A stretch of 64,000 nt of DNA, taken from Alphaproteobacteria bacterium. Its GTDB lineage: Bacteria; Pseudomonadota; Alphaproteobacteria; UBA9219; RFNS01. The notes beneath the pieces were generated by a model, which was given only the letters and a program-made list of their open reading frames with translations, made no database searches and was not told the origin of the DNA. Within the stretch, counting starts at the first letter, position 1. Each line of letters begins with the position of its first letter. Below are positions 26,745-35,861 of this stretch, piece after piece. The stretch is taken from assembly GCA_016124955.1 (NCBI GenBank), contig WGMR01000007.1, positions 32,840 to 96,839 of the forward strand, given 5' to 3'. The translations under genes were made by a program, and so were the position numbers.

Positions 26745-29700
26745 TCAGGGTGCGGCTTCTGTGGCTTCCGCGGGCGCGCCTTCGGCGGGCATTTCGTCGC
26801 CCGCGCGATACTGGTTGAGGAAGTTGCGGAACATATCGACCTCGCCCATCTTGGATTGCAGCACCGCGAGATCCTGGATGTTGTCGGCCTTGGTGCGGGT
26901 GAGCAGGCGGAACACCTCGTTTTGCGGCGTGCCCGCCATGGCGGGGCCGAAATCGATTGCCAGGCGGTTGAGCGCCTGCTGGTCGGCCGCCAGCGCCAGC
27001 GCGGTGGCACGGTTGATAATGAACTGGATGCGATCGGGCTTGAGCTGCGTGCCCGGATCGGGCGGCGGACCGACGAGGCTGTCAAGCACTTCGGCCGCTT
27101 CGGACCAGTGCTTGGCGCGCCACGCGATATCGGCATGCAGCATGCGCGCCTGTTCGCTGCCGTCGTTGGCGAGCAGCAACAGCGCATCCTGGTCGCGGCC
27201 CAGTTCGGACAGCGCCCGTGCGCGCAAATACCGGCGTTCGGATTTCACTTTTTCGCTCACATCCTCGGCCGTGCTGATTTCGAGCGCGGTGAGCGCCAGT
27301 TCGGGCTTTTGATCGAGCAGGCGAATGCCCGCGAGCCGCGCACCGACCTCGGCCTTGCGTTCGCCTTTCAGCCGTTCCCGGACCTGCGCGGTCAGCAGAT
27401 CGGCCGCCTGATCGAGCAGATCGATCGACACCAGCCGTTCGGCAAGGTTGCGGACCACGGCTTCGCCATCAGGGCCGGGCGGGATCAGATCACGGAATTC
27501 CTCATAGAGCGCCAGCGCCTCAATCGGCGAAAGGTCCGGCGCGGCATTTTCAATAAAAATGGCGCGGAAACTTTCGACCATGCGTTCATGCACATCGCGC
27601 ACCTGCGGGCTATCCGGGTGCATCTGGATGCCGTGGCCGAGCGTGGTCAGGCCTTCCTTGTATTTGCCGCCATCAAGATAGTAACCGCCGAGGCGGCTTA
27701 AAATATCGAGTTCGAGTTCGTCGCCGCGCCAGCTGTAACGCATTCCTTCAAGCCGCTTGGCGGCATCGAGCGGCTGCATGTTGCCTTCGGCGACATCAAG
27801 ATCGATCAAGGCCAGCTCGGCCCGTGTGCGGTAAAGCCTGTCGTTGCCAATCGCAACTTCGTGCCAATAGGTGCGGGCATGGTCATCGCGATTGAACTGA
27901 TGTTCGATCACGCCGCGCAGATATTTGATGGCCGGCAGATCGTCGAGCCGCGCATCGGGGCGTTTGTTGCCGAGCTGATCGAGCCAATCGTACGCTTCGC
28001 GCGCCCGATCCTGCGCCAGCGCGGTTTCGATCGCCATCACCGTCATGCGGCTGAAGAACGGCTCCGGATACTGTTCGAGCACGCGCAAGGTGCTTTTGAA
28101 GAGCGGGTAGGCGGGCGCAAACAAGCGTTGCTTGGCGAGCGCATAGGCGCGCCAGAGCGGAATTTCGTCTTCGCCCTTCAGGTCGTCATGATCGAGATCG
28201 GCGAGCCCGCCGACCATATCATCGCCCACAATACGCGCCGCGCCGCGCAGGGCCACGAATTCGGGCCGCGAGGTCAGCGCCGGCAGCCGTTCTTCCAGCA
28301 TCTTGAGCAGGCCGAGCGATTCGAGCGCCATGCCGTTGGCAAAATATAGCCGGGCGAGTTCGAGCCGTGCGCGGTCGCGCTCGACATCCGGCACATCGAC
28401 GATGGTTTGCGACAGGCGCTGGCGCGCGGTGGTGAAGCTTTCCCCCGGCTTGCCGCGCCATGTATTGAGATCGAAAAGCCGCAGTTTGGGCGCACCCGTA
28501 CCTGACGCCAACTGTCCCTTGCCGCGCTGACCGGTATCGGAGGGTGGCGAGAGCTTGAGGCCGTTCTTGGCCGTAATTTCGATACCGTCCGGCGTATGGC
28601 GCGCGACCACGTTTTCGTTGACCGGCCGGATCACCATGCCTTGCGCGGTCGGCAGCACATCGAGATCGGCGAAGCCGCGCGGGATCGCGGCCATTTCTCC
28701 CGGGCGCGGCAGCGGCACGACGATCAGCGCTTCCCCCGTGACCGGATCATTCATGCGCACGGGTTCGGCGGCGTCCACCACCGGCAGGATAAGGCGCGCG
28801 CCGAGCGCGTAATCGGGTTCCGGCACCAGCGCCAGCGTGATCGGGATTACCTGCCGGGTTTTAGCGAGGCGCACATCCCAGCCCGTACCTTCGCGCCGGA
28901 CCTGCAGCGTGGCTTCGGCCGCCATGCGGAAGCGATAGCCGGTGACGCCGGGCAGCCGCAGGCGTTGCAGTTTGCCGCGCGGCTGGCCGGCCAGCGTGTT
29001 GGCCTGATCTTCCGGCAGCTTGCGATCGAGGATGATGTAGGCGTAGCCACCGCGTTCATAGACCGCGATCGCCATGCTGACGCCGATATCGAAACGCGCC
29101 ACGCTGATCGCGGCGTCGCCGCTATCGGCGAGCTGAAGGATGCCGGTGCCGTCATCCGGCACCGCGGTTTCCGCGCCCAGTTCGCTGCGCGGCGGGGGCG
29201 GCGTGGCCGCCGGTTCTTCCTTGACGGGTTCGGGTTCGGGTACGGGCGGCGGCGCGGGCGGCGGAGGCTGGGTTAGCGGGCCCGAGGTTGTATCGATCAG
29301 CAATTCAGGCGCGCCCGGGCCCGGGCCGGGCTTTTCCAAAGCTGGCGGCGCGGGTTCGGCTTTTGCGGGTGCAGGTGTGGGTGCGGAAGGCGGTGCCGGT
29401 TCGGGCGGCGGCGGCGCGGGTTCGGTTTTTGCCGGTTCGGATTTAACGGGTTCCGCCGCGGGCGGCTGTGCCGCCGGGGCCGGCGCGGCTTTCGCGACCT
29501 TGCCCGCGTTTTCAAGCTTTGCCGTGCCGGTAACATCAATCACGACATAGGTGCCGGTTGTAAAATCTTTCAGCTTCGCGCCTTCGGGCACGGTAAAAAC
29601 AAGGCTGGCGTTTTCGCCGCTGCGCGCCGCGTAATTGCCGCTGCGCTGCAGGCGGGCGTTTGCAAGCTTTTGCAGATCAAAGCTTGCGGGCGCATCGAAG

Positions 29701-30170
29701 CTGACCGTCACTTCGTTGCCCGCGCGACCTACCTTATAGGCAACCTTGCGCGGCCAATCGAACACGATGCGATCAAAATCGGCATGCAGGCCGCCGCGCA
29801 CCGTGATGTCCGGGGTTTGGGCGGCAGGGGTTTTGACGGCGGCGGCCGGGGGCGCCGCCGGTGCGGGGGCCGGTGGGGCGGGTTCGGGCGCGGCGGGCGC
29901 CGGCGCCATGGCGGGCGCGCCAGCCGGATCGGTTTTGGCAGGTTCTGCCGGGGCAGATTCAGCGGATTGGCCTTGTTGTTCCTGTGCCGTTGCGGAAGCG
30001 GAATAAAATAACAGGCCGAGCGCCAAAAGCGCAGCGATCATGCCCGGCGCGGCAAGGGCGGGGGATACTTGCTTTGAAGGCGGTACATGTGCGGACATAA
30101 GGCGAACCGGTGCGGTGAAACGGCTTAAATGCCAGAATGAATCAAACCGCCGCCGGGGACAAGCCGCCAA
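26745..30170 (-). CDS. large (1141 aa) predicted periplasmic protein: signal anchor, two beta-rich domains separated by Pro/Ala-rich linkers, long C-terminal TPR-like helical region
   Basis: MIAALLALGLLFYSASA signal/anchor; PAPAAPEPAPPAP and PPPPAPPPVPEPEP linkers; helical-repeat C-terminal 600 aa; only 9 bp after cheZ stop. Confidence 0.55.
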   Translation of the reverse strand: MAACPRRRFDSFWHLSRFTAPVRLMSAHVPPSKQVSPALAAPGMIAALLALGLLFYSASATAQEQQGQSAESAPAEPAKTDPAGAPAMAPAPAAPEPAPPAPAPAAPPAAAVKTPAAQTPDITVRGGLHADFDRIVFDWPRKVAYKVGRAGNEVTVSFDAPASFDLQKLANARLQRSGNYAARSGENASLVFTVPEGAKLKDFTTGTYVVIDVTGTAKLENAGKVAKAAPAPAAQPPAAEPVKSEPAKTEPAPPPPEPAPPSAPTPAPAKAEPAPPALEKPGPGPGAPELLIDTTSGPLTQPPPPAPPPVPEPEPVKEEPAATPPPPRSELGAETAVPDDGTGILQLADSGDAAISVARFDIGVSMAIAVYERGGYAYIILDRKLPEDQANTLAGQPRGKLQRLRLPGVTGYRFRMAAEATLQVRREGTGWDVRLAKTRQVIPITLALVPEPDYALGARLILPVVDAAEPVRMNDPVTGEALIVVPLPRPGEMAAIPRGFADLDVLPTAQGMVIRPVNENVVARHTPDGIEITAKNGLKLSPPSDTGQRGKGQLASGTGAPKLRLFDLNTWRGKPGESFTTARQRLSQTIVDVPDVERDRARLELARLYFANGMALESLGLLKMLEERLPALTSRPEFVALRGAARIVGDDMVGGLADLDHDDLKGEDEIPLWRAYALAKQRLFAPAYPLFKSTLRVLEQYPEPFFSRMTVMAIETALAQDRAREAYDWLDQLGNKRPDARLDDLPAIKYLRGVIEHQFNRDDHARTYWHEVAIGNDRLYRTRAELALIDLDVAEGNMQPLDAAKRLEGMRYSWRGDELELDILSRLGGYYLDGGKYKEGLTTLGHGIQMHPDSPQVRDVHERMVESFRAIFIENAAPDLSPIEALALYEEFRDLIPPGPDGEAVVRNLAERLVSIDLLDQAADLLTAQVRERLKGERKAEVGARLAGIRLLDQKPELALTALEISTAEDVSEKVKSERRYLRARALSELGRDQDALLLLANDGSEQARMLHADIAWRAKHWSEAAEVLDSLVGPPPDPGTQLKPDRIQFIINRATALALAADQQALNRLAIDFGPAMAGTPQNEVFRLLTRTKADNIQDLAVLQSKMGEVDMFRNFLNQYRAGDEMPAEGAPAEATEAAP

Positions 30171-30179
30171 TGACGAAGC

Positions 30180-30848
30180 CTAGCTTCCCATCAGCTTGTC
30201 GATATCGTCCTGGCTAACGGCGCTTTCCGGCAATTGCGGGCCGTTGAGCAGCGCCTTGTGCGGATCGAGGATCGCTTCGTCATCGTCTTCGCCCGCAGGT
30301 GCATCGCTGCCATCATGGCCGAGCGCCTTGAGCAGAGCTTCGACCTTGTTTTCGATATGCTTGAGCGCGTTCACAACCTTGGTGATGCGCTGGCCGGTGA
30401 TATCCTGAAAGTTGCAGGCTTCGAAGATGCGCGTGACGCATTCGGTCAGCTGCGTGCCCGGATCGCCTTCGAGCCCGCCGGCGATCAGGCCGATCTTGTC
30501 GCATTCGTCCATGATTTTGTTGGTCGCATCCTCGGTTGCGCCGACGACGGCATCAAGCTCGACCGTAGCGGTCGGGATGTGCTTGTCGCCGATTTCCTTC
30601 GGGCGGATCGCGGCCACTTCTTGCTTGGCGTTGCGGATGAAGCGGGCGAGATCTTCGATTTCATGCACCATGCGTGCGTCCGCGCCCGGCTGGTCGCCGA
30701 TGAAGCTTTTCATCACCTGCTCAACAATCTTGGCAACTTCGGCGCGCGCAATCGGCTCCTTGCCCTTGGCAACGGCGTCCATGATGCGCTTTTGCAATTC
30801 AGTGCCGGTCGCATTTGCATCGCGGGGCATGTTGGCGGTGGTGTTCAT
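30180..30848 (-). CDS. cheZ: CheZ-like CheY-P phosphatase
   Basis: CNFQDITGQRI matches the CheZ catalytic FQDLTGQ motif; follows cheY on the same strand. Confidence 0.7.
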   Translation of the reverse strand: MNTTANMPRDANATGTELQKRIMDAVAKGKEPIARAEVAKIVEQVMKSFIGDQPGADARMVHEIEDLARFIRNAKQEVAAIRPKEIGDKHIPTATVELDAVVGATEDATNKIMDECDKIGLIAGGLEGDPGTQLTECVTRIFEACNFQDITGQRITKVVNALKHIENKVEALLKALGHDGSDAPAGEDDDEAILDPHKALLNGPQLPESAVSQDDIDKLMGS

Positions 30849-30868
30849 GATGCGCTCCGGTTTTTGTT

Positions 30869-31255
30869 TCAGAATGCGCCGAGTACTGCGGTGATTTTCT
30901 GCTTCAGCGTTTCGGCGTTAAAGGGCTTGACGATATAATTATTGACACCGGCTTCCTTGGCGGTGGCGACGTTTTCGACTTTGCTTTCGGCCGTGACCAT
31001 AATGAAGGGAAGCGCCTTGAGCTTGGTGTCGGCGCGGACTTCCTGCAAAAGCTGGAGGCCGGTCATCGGTTCCATGTTCCAGTCCGAGATCACGAGGCCG
31101 AATGTGCCCTCGCGCAGCAGTTTGAGCGCGGCGCTGCCGTCGGCGGCGTCCTGCACATTTTTAAAGCCGAGCTGCTTGAGTAGATTGCCGATAATGCGGC
31201 GCATGGTGTTGTAGTCGTCAACCACCAGGACATTCATGTTCATATCGACAGCCAT
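30869..31255 (-). CDS. cheY: chemotaxis response regulator CheY
   Basis: Single receiver domain, 128 aa, with DD, phospho-acceptor D (VISDWNMEPMTG), T and K (IVKP) in CheY-like spacing. Confidence 0.85.
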   Translation of the reverse strand: MAVDMNMNVLVVDDYNTMRRIIGNLLKQLGFKNVQDAADGSAALKLLREGTFGLVISDWNMEPMTGLQLLQEVRADTKLKALPFIMVTAESKVENVATAKEAGVNNYIVKPFNAETLKQKITAVLGAF

Positions 31256-31442
31256 GTTCTACCTCGCAAACGTTTCATGCCGCGCTGCGTTGTGAAGCTC
31301 GATTGGTCCGGGAGCCGGGTCAAGGCAGGGGCATCAAGGGGACGTAGCCTGCACTTTAGCCTCAAGAAACTGAAGAAAAGGTTACTTTTTACCTGCCACA
31401 AGCCTGTGTGCAGAATTTTTCCAGCATATTGATTTTGCGGCA

Positions 31443-31469
31443 CAAAAAAGCACCCGCTTGCGGATGCTG
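31443..31469 (-). terminator. rho-independent terminator after motE-like gene
   Basis: Minus-strand GCATCCGC-AAG-CGGGTGC hairpin followed by TTTTTTGT. Confidence 0.45.
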
Positions 31470-31510
31470 GGAGTGCGAATGAGTCTTACGTTAATGGGAC
31501 GGGCCGCGGA

Positions 31511-32329
31511 TCAGGGCACGGCCGGCAGGGTATGCGATTCCGTCAGCGCGGTCGTGATGTCCTTGGCGCGTTCCGGGGTCATTTCCGCGAGGATCGGCGC
31601 GGATTTCACCGGCTTCATGGAACGGATAACGCCGAGCAGGATCGACATATCGAGGTTGGATAGGATGCGCGCCGCTTCAGCCGGTTTCATGCTTTCGTAA
31701 ATTTTCACGAGATTGTTCAGCTCGGCAACGCGTTCTTCGTCCACCGTCGTGATCAGCCCTTCGAGCTGGGTGCGGAGCTGCTCCATTTCGCGGATTTTCT
31801 GATCGACGCGCTGTTCGGTTGCCTGCAAAAGCGCGCCGCGGGTTTGCATTTCCTGTTCGCGCTCGTCAAGCTGGCGGCGGCGCTGCGAAAGCTGTTTCAG
31901 GATCTCGACCTCGCCCTTGCTTAGATCCGCGCTGTTGTATTCGTAGTTCGCTTGCGGAGCGGGGGCGGGCTCCTGCTGTTGCTGCGCGCCGGGTACTTCG
32001 ACCGCGGGCGCGCCCGTTTCGCCATGTCCGCCTGCCGTATTGGCTGCCATTTTCGTGGTTTCGGGGGCCGGATGATTATCCGCATGCGCATCCGGGTTGT
32101 CTTTTGCCGATGCAAGGGCATCGGGCCTGTCTTTTGCCGATGCAAGGGCATCGGCGGGTGCCTTGTCGGTATGTGTATCCTTGGCTTCGGCTTCGGCGCG
32201 GGTCACGATCGAAGCGTCGGAGCCGCGCACCGCAACATCCCATAAATCAGCGGCGCGTGCGCCCATCACCAGCACCGCGATGAAGATCGCGGCGGTGAGA
32301 AAGAAGCGCGGGCGCACGAAGCGGAACAT
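31511..32329 (-). CDS. MotE / MgtE-N-domain family flagellar protein (periplasmic)
   Basis: Signal peptide; coiled-coil region; C-terminal KPAEAARILSNLDMSILLGVIRSMKPVKSAPILAEM resembles MgtE-N/MotE family. Confidence 0.55.
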   Translation of the reverse strand: MFRFVRPRFFLTAAIFIAVLVMGARAADLWDVAVRGSDASIVTRAEAEAKDTHTDKAPADALASAKDRPDALASAKDNPDAHADNHPAPETTKMAANTAGGHGETGAPAVEVPGAQQQQEPAPAPQANYEYNSADLSKGEVEILKQLSQRRRQLDEREQEMQTRGALLQATEQRVDQKIREMEQLRTQLEGLITTVDEERVAELNNLVKIYESMKPAEAARILSNLDMSILLGVIRSMKPVKSAPILAEMTPERAKDITTALTESHTLPAVP

Positions 32330-32332
32330 ATC

Positions 32333-32854
32333 CTACGACCTCAGTTTCCGGAGCGCCTGCATCAGCTCGCGCTCGGCGCGCGATTTGACGTGGGCATCTT
32401 CCATGCTGGTTTCGGCCAGGTCTTCGCCCGTTTGTGCCGCCGCGGTGCCGCCCGCGCCTGCTGCGCCGCTTGTTGCGCGTGCGGGCTGCGGCTGCGCCGC
32501 TGCAATCGGGTTTTGGGCGGGCTGGCGCATCTGCACGCTCATGCTGCTGATGCGCTCGGCCAGCTTATCGGCATGTTCGACCACGAAACGCAATTCATCG
32601 CGCATGGTCTGCGAACGTTCGATCAGGCGTTCAAGATCGTCGCCGCTGTCGCGCGCGACTTCCTTAAGGCCCTTGATGCCGGCTTCGGCGCGGTTCACGG
32701 TGGAACCGAAATCATGGACGAAACGCTCCATTTCGGCGCGCGAGGCGCGAATGCCGGAGAGATGCCGCTCGACCCGGATGGCATAAAAAATCCCCGCCAC
32801 GATCAGGCCGATCAGCGTGATATCGAGAAGGCTGCGCAATACGAGTTCAATCAT
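32333..32854 (-). CDS. hypothetical flagellar-cluster membrane protein (N-terminal TM, coiled coil)
   Basis: 173-aa ORF between fliM and motE-like gene, 4-bp spacing. Confidence 0.45.
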   Translation of the reverse strand: MIELVLRSLLDITLIGLIVAGIFYAIRVERHLSGIRASRAEMERFVHDFGSTVNRAEAGIKGLKEVARDSGDDLERLIERSQTMRDELRFVVEHADKLAERISSMSVQMRQPAQNPIAAAQPQPARATSGAAGAGGTAAAQTGEDLAETSMEDAHVKSRAERELMQALRKLRS

Positions 32855-32868
32855 GGCCCTGTCTGTCC

Positions 32869-34026
32869 CTAATTCGACTGCTTTTTATTGTCGTGCAGCG
32901 CCGCATGCTCGACCTTGACCGCGATGTGGCCGTTACGGCTGCCCATGCGGCCCTTGAACATCGGCAATTCGCCCGCGCGCACCTCGACCACGTCGTTGGG
33001 CGATACGTTGAGCATAATTTTCGAGCCGACTTTCCAGTTCATAATGTCGCCGAGCGCGATGCTGACCTCGTCGAGCACGGCGTGCAGATCCATATCGGTT
33101 TGCAAAAGCTCGCTGCCCAGATGGGTTTCCCAGATGCTGTCGCGGCCGAACTTTTCGCCCATGAACATCTGCAGCAAAAGCTCGCGGATCGGTTCCAGCG
33201 TGGCATAGGGGATTAAAATCTCGATGCGCCCGCCGCGGTCTTCCATATCGATGCGGAGCTTGGCCAGCACGGCGGCGTTGGCCGGGCGGGCGATGGTGGC
33301 GAAGCGCGGGTTGGTTTCAAGCCGGTCGAAGCGGAAGGTGACGGGCGAAAGCGGATCGAACGCGCCGGAAAGATCGGCCAGCACCACGCGCACGAGCCGT
33401 TCGATCAGGCCGCGTTCGATCGTGGTATAGGGCCGGCCTTCGATACGCATGGCCGACGAGCCGCGACGGCCGCCGAGCAGCACATCGACGATCGAATAGA
33501 TCATCGAGCTATCGACCACCATCAGGCCGGAATTATCCCATTCTTCCGCCTTGAACACCGTAAGCATGGCGGGCAGCGGGATGGAATTGAGGTAATCCCC
33601 GAAACGGACGCTTGAGATTTGATCGAGGCTGACCTCGACGTTGTCGGAAGTGAAGTTGCGCAGGCTGGTGGTCATCATGCGCACGAGCCGGTCGAACACC
33701 ACTTCGAGCATCGGCAGGCGTTCGTAATTGACCAGCGCGCTGTTGATCAGCGCCATGATGCCGGATGTTTCCCCGCCGCCGCCCGCGCTGTCGAAACCGA
33801 GCAGGCTGTCGATCTCGTTCTGGCTCAGGACCCGCTCTTCACCGCCATCGGCTGCCATCGCCGCCGCCATGTCGTCGCCGCCCGCCATTGCGGCGGCCAT
33901 ATCGTCCTCGCCGCCTGCCGCCATCGCCGCCGCCATATCGTCCTCGCCGCCCGCAGGTTTTGACGTGGCCGCGACGGCCGCGAGCGCGGCTTTTTCCTCG
34001 TCGGTGGTTTTATCGTCGTCAGCCAT
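32869..34026 (-). CDS. fliM: flagellar motor switch protein FliM (with N-terminal acidic repeat extension)
   Basis: CheY-binding LSQNEIDSLLG motif; FliM middle and C-terminal SpoA-like domains; N-terminal GGEDDMAAAMA tandem repeats. Confidence 0.9.
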   Translation of the reverse strand: MADDDKTTDEEKAALAAVAATSKPAGGEDDMAAAMAAGGEDDMAAAMAGGDDMAAAMAADGGEERVLSQNEIDSLLGFDSAGGGGETSGIMALINSALVNYERLPMLEVVFDRLVRMMTTSLRNFTSDNVEVSLDQISSVRFGDYLNSIPLPAMLTVFKAEEWDNSGLMVVDSSMIYSIVDVLLGGRRGSSAMRIEGRPYTTIERGLIERLVRVVLADLSGAFDPLSPVTFRFDRLETNPRFATIARPANAAVLAKLRIDMEDRGGRIEILIPYATLEPIRELLLQMFMGEKFGRDSIWETHLGSELLQTDMDLHAVLDEVSIALGDIMNWKVGSKIMLNVSPNDVVEVRAGELPMFKGRMGSRNGHIAVKVEHAALHDNKKQSN

Positions 34027-34038
34027 AGCGGTTTCCGT

Positions 34039-34641
34039 TCATTGCACCAGCATTTCCTGGAACAGCACATCGCGCACGCGTGCCGGGTGCGCGGCTTCGG
34101 TGACGCGCATCAGAAGTTCTTCGCGCAAACGGTAGATGCCGGCCGAACCTTTAAGATCGTCGATCCGCAGTTCGCGCAGGTATATCTGGAAGTTGTCGAG
34201 GATGCGCGGGCGGATCTGGTCCATCAGCGGGATATCCTTGGCGCTGCCCAGCTCGAGCGAGACCTTGATTTTGAGATAGTTGGGGCGCTTGCCGTCGCCG
34301 CTAAGGTTCACGAGGATATCGCCAAGATCGTAAAATACAGCCGAGGCGTTTTCCTGCGCCTTGCGCGCGGCTTCCGCCGCCGCCTGCGCTTCTTCCGTGC
34401 TCATTTCTTCCTTGCCGCCGATGATGCCGCTGAAATACAGGCCGGCGCCGCCGCCAAGCACGAGCACCAGCGCGACCACGCCGATGACAATAAACTTCTT
34501 CTTGCCGGACATCAGGCCCGATAGGCCCTTTTTCTCCCCGGCTTCCGCGCCTTCCGCGCCTTCTTCGCCTTCTTTCTTTTCTTCTTCGGCGGTTTTGTCT
34601 TCTTCTTCAGCCATAACGCTCACATCCTGTTTGCGCGCCAC
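34039..34641 (-). CDS. fliL: flagellar basal-body-associated protein FliL
   Basis: Acidic N-term, single TM (FIVIGVVALVLVLGG), conserved FliL C-terminal region (YLKIKVSLEL...). Confidence 0.8.
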   Translation of the reverse strand: MARKQDVSVMAEEEDKTAEEEKKEGEEGAEGAEAGEKKGLSGLMSGKKKFIVIGVVALVLVLGGGAGLYFSGIIGGKEEMSTEEAQAAAEAARKAQENASAVFYDLGDILVNLSGDGKRPNYLKIKVSLELGSAKDIPLMDQIRPRILDNFQIYLRELRIDDLKGSAGIYRLREELLMRVTEAAHPARVRDVLFQEMLVQ

Positions 34642-34988
34642 AATCGGGTGTGGCCTAGCGGTGCGCCATATCGCTCCCGGTCACGCGGAAAGGCCCGCGG
34701 GCGGCGGATACAGTACCTAACCTTATCAGTGTTATGCCTGCGATGGTTAAAAAGTCATTTAATTATTAATTCCGCGCGCAGCCGCGCCAACCGCGCAACA
34801 GATTGCGGGTGCTGGCCTTTTGCGCCGCGGCATCTTTCCGGACCCGGCATGATTCTTCCGGCATGCGCCCGCTTGCGATGCGCGGCGGGTAAAAACTGCC
34901 GGTAAAACCCGGCAAAGAGGCGCCCGTTTCCCTGCCCCCGGCGAACGGCACAAACACCAACATGTTGAAAATAAACAATAATTCACTA

Positions 34989-35004
34989 TGGCACGGCGCA
35001 TGCA
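34989..35004 (+). promoter_or_regulatory. sigma54 promoter candidate for flgFGAH operon
   Basis: TGGCAC-GGCGC-ATGCA about 110 bp upstream of flgF; inverted repeat GCCGGTAAAACCCGGC at 34898..34913 upstream. Confidence 0.45.
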
Positions 35005-35115
35005 AGGGAAAGGGCGCAAGGCCGGCTTTGCCCCATCAGGTTGTTCAACGGGGATGCGGGCCGCGCAACGGGAAGCCGGGGGGATTCGGTTTCGCGCAAA
35101 GAGCGAACTTTCTAA

Positions 35116-35850
35116 GTGGGGACTATCATGGAACTGCCATCACTCGTATTGATCAGCCGTCAGGACGCAATTATGCGTGAGATGGATGTGACCGCGAATA
35201 ACATCGCGAACATCAATACGACCGGTTTCAAGAAATCCGGCGTCATTTTCGAAGACTATATGACGGAAACCCAGCCGGGCGAGACGGTCGATTTTGTGAT
35301 CGACAGCGGATCTTACCGCGATTTTTCTGCCGGACCGATCTTGCGCACCGGCAACGAACTTGATGTCGCGCTTGAGGGCGACGGCTATCTGCCCGTGCAA
35401 ACGCCGAACGGCACCATGTACACCCGCGCCGGCGCATTCCAGCTTAATGCCGAAGGCGAGATCGTGACCGCTTCCGGCTATCAGGTCATGAGCGCCGACG
35501 GTTCGCCGATTGTCATTCCGCCCGAAGCCACCGACATCCAGATCGATAAGGAAGGCACCATTCGCACCAATCAGGGCGAGGCGGGGCGGCTGCAGGCCAT
35601 GACCTTCAAGCAAGAACAGAAGATGGAAGAATACGGCAACGGTCTGTACCGCACCAACGAACCGGGCACGCCGAGCGAGACGACCCGGATCGTGCAGGGC
35701 TCGCTTGAAAAATCGAACGTCGAACCGGTGGTCGAGATGACGCGCATTATCGAAGTGCTGCGCTCCTACCAGTCGGTCGGCAAGGTATTGGATGCTGAAA
35801 ACGAACGGCAGCGTAATGCGATACGCATCCTCGGCAAAACGACAATCTAG
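35116..35850 (+). CDS. flgF: flagellar basal-body rod protein FlgF
   Basis: Rod-protein N-term (ANNIANINTTGFK) and C-term (VQGSLEKSNV) motifs; alternative ATG at 35128. Confidence 0.85.
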   Translation: MGTIMELPSLVLISRQDAIMREMDVTANNIANINTTGFKKSGVIFEDYMTETQPGETVDFVIDSGSYRDFSAGPILRTGNELDVALEGDGYLPVQTPNGTMYTRAGAFQLNAEGEIVTASGYQVMSADGSPIVIPPEATDIQIDKEGTIRTNQGEAGRLQAMTFKQEQKMEEYGNGLYRTNEPGTPSETTRIVQGSLEKSNVEPVVEMTRIIEVLRSYQSVGKVLDAENERQRNAIRILGKTTI

Positions 35851-35861
35851 GGAGGACCACC

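Noticed and set aside
34740-34765. CtrA-box-like TTAA-N7-TTAA motifs upstream of fliL (and a TTAA-N7-ATAAAC motif upstream of flgI at about 45700)
   Set aside because: Only imperfect matches with wrong spacing or a half-site mismatch in AT-rich DNA; cannot be distinguished from chance without genome-wide motif statistics.
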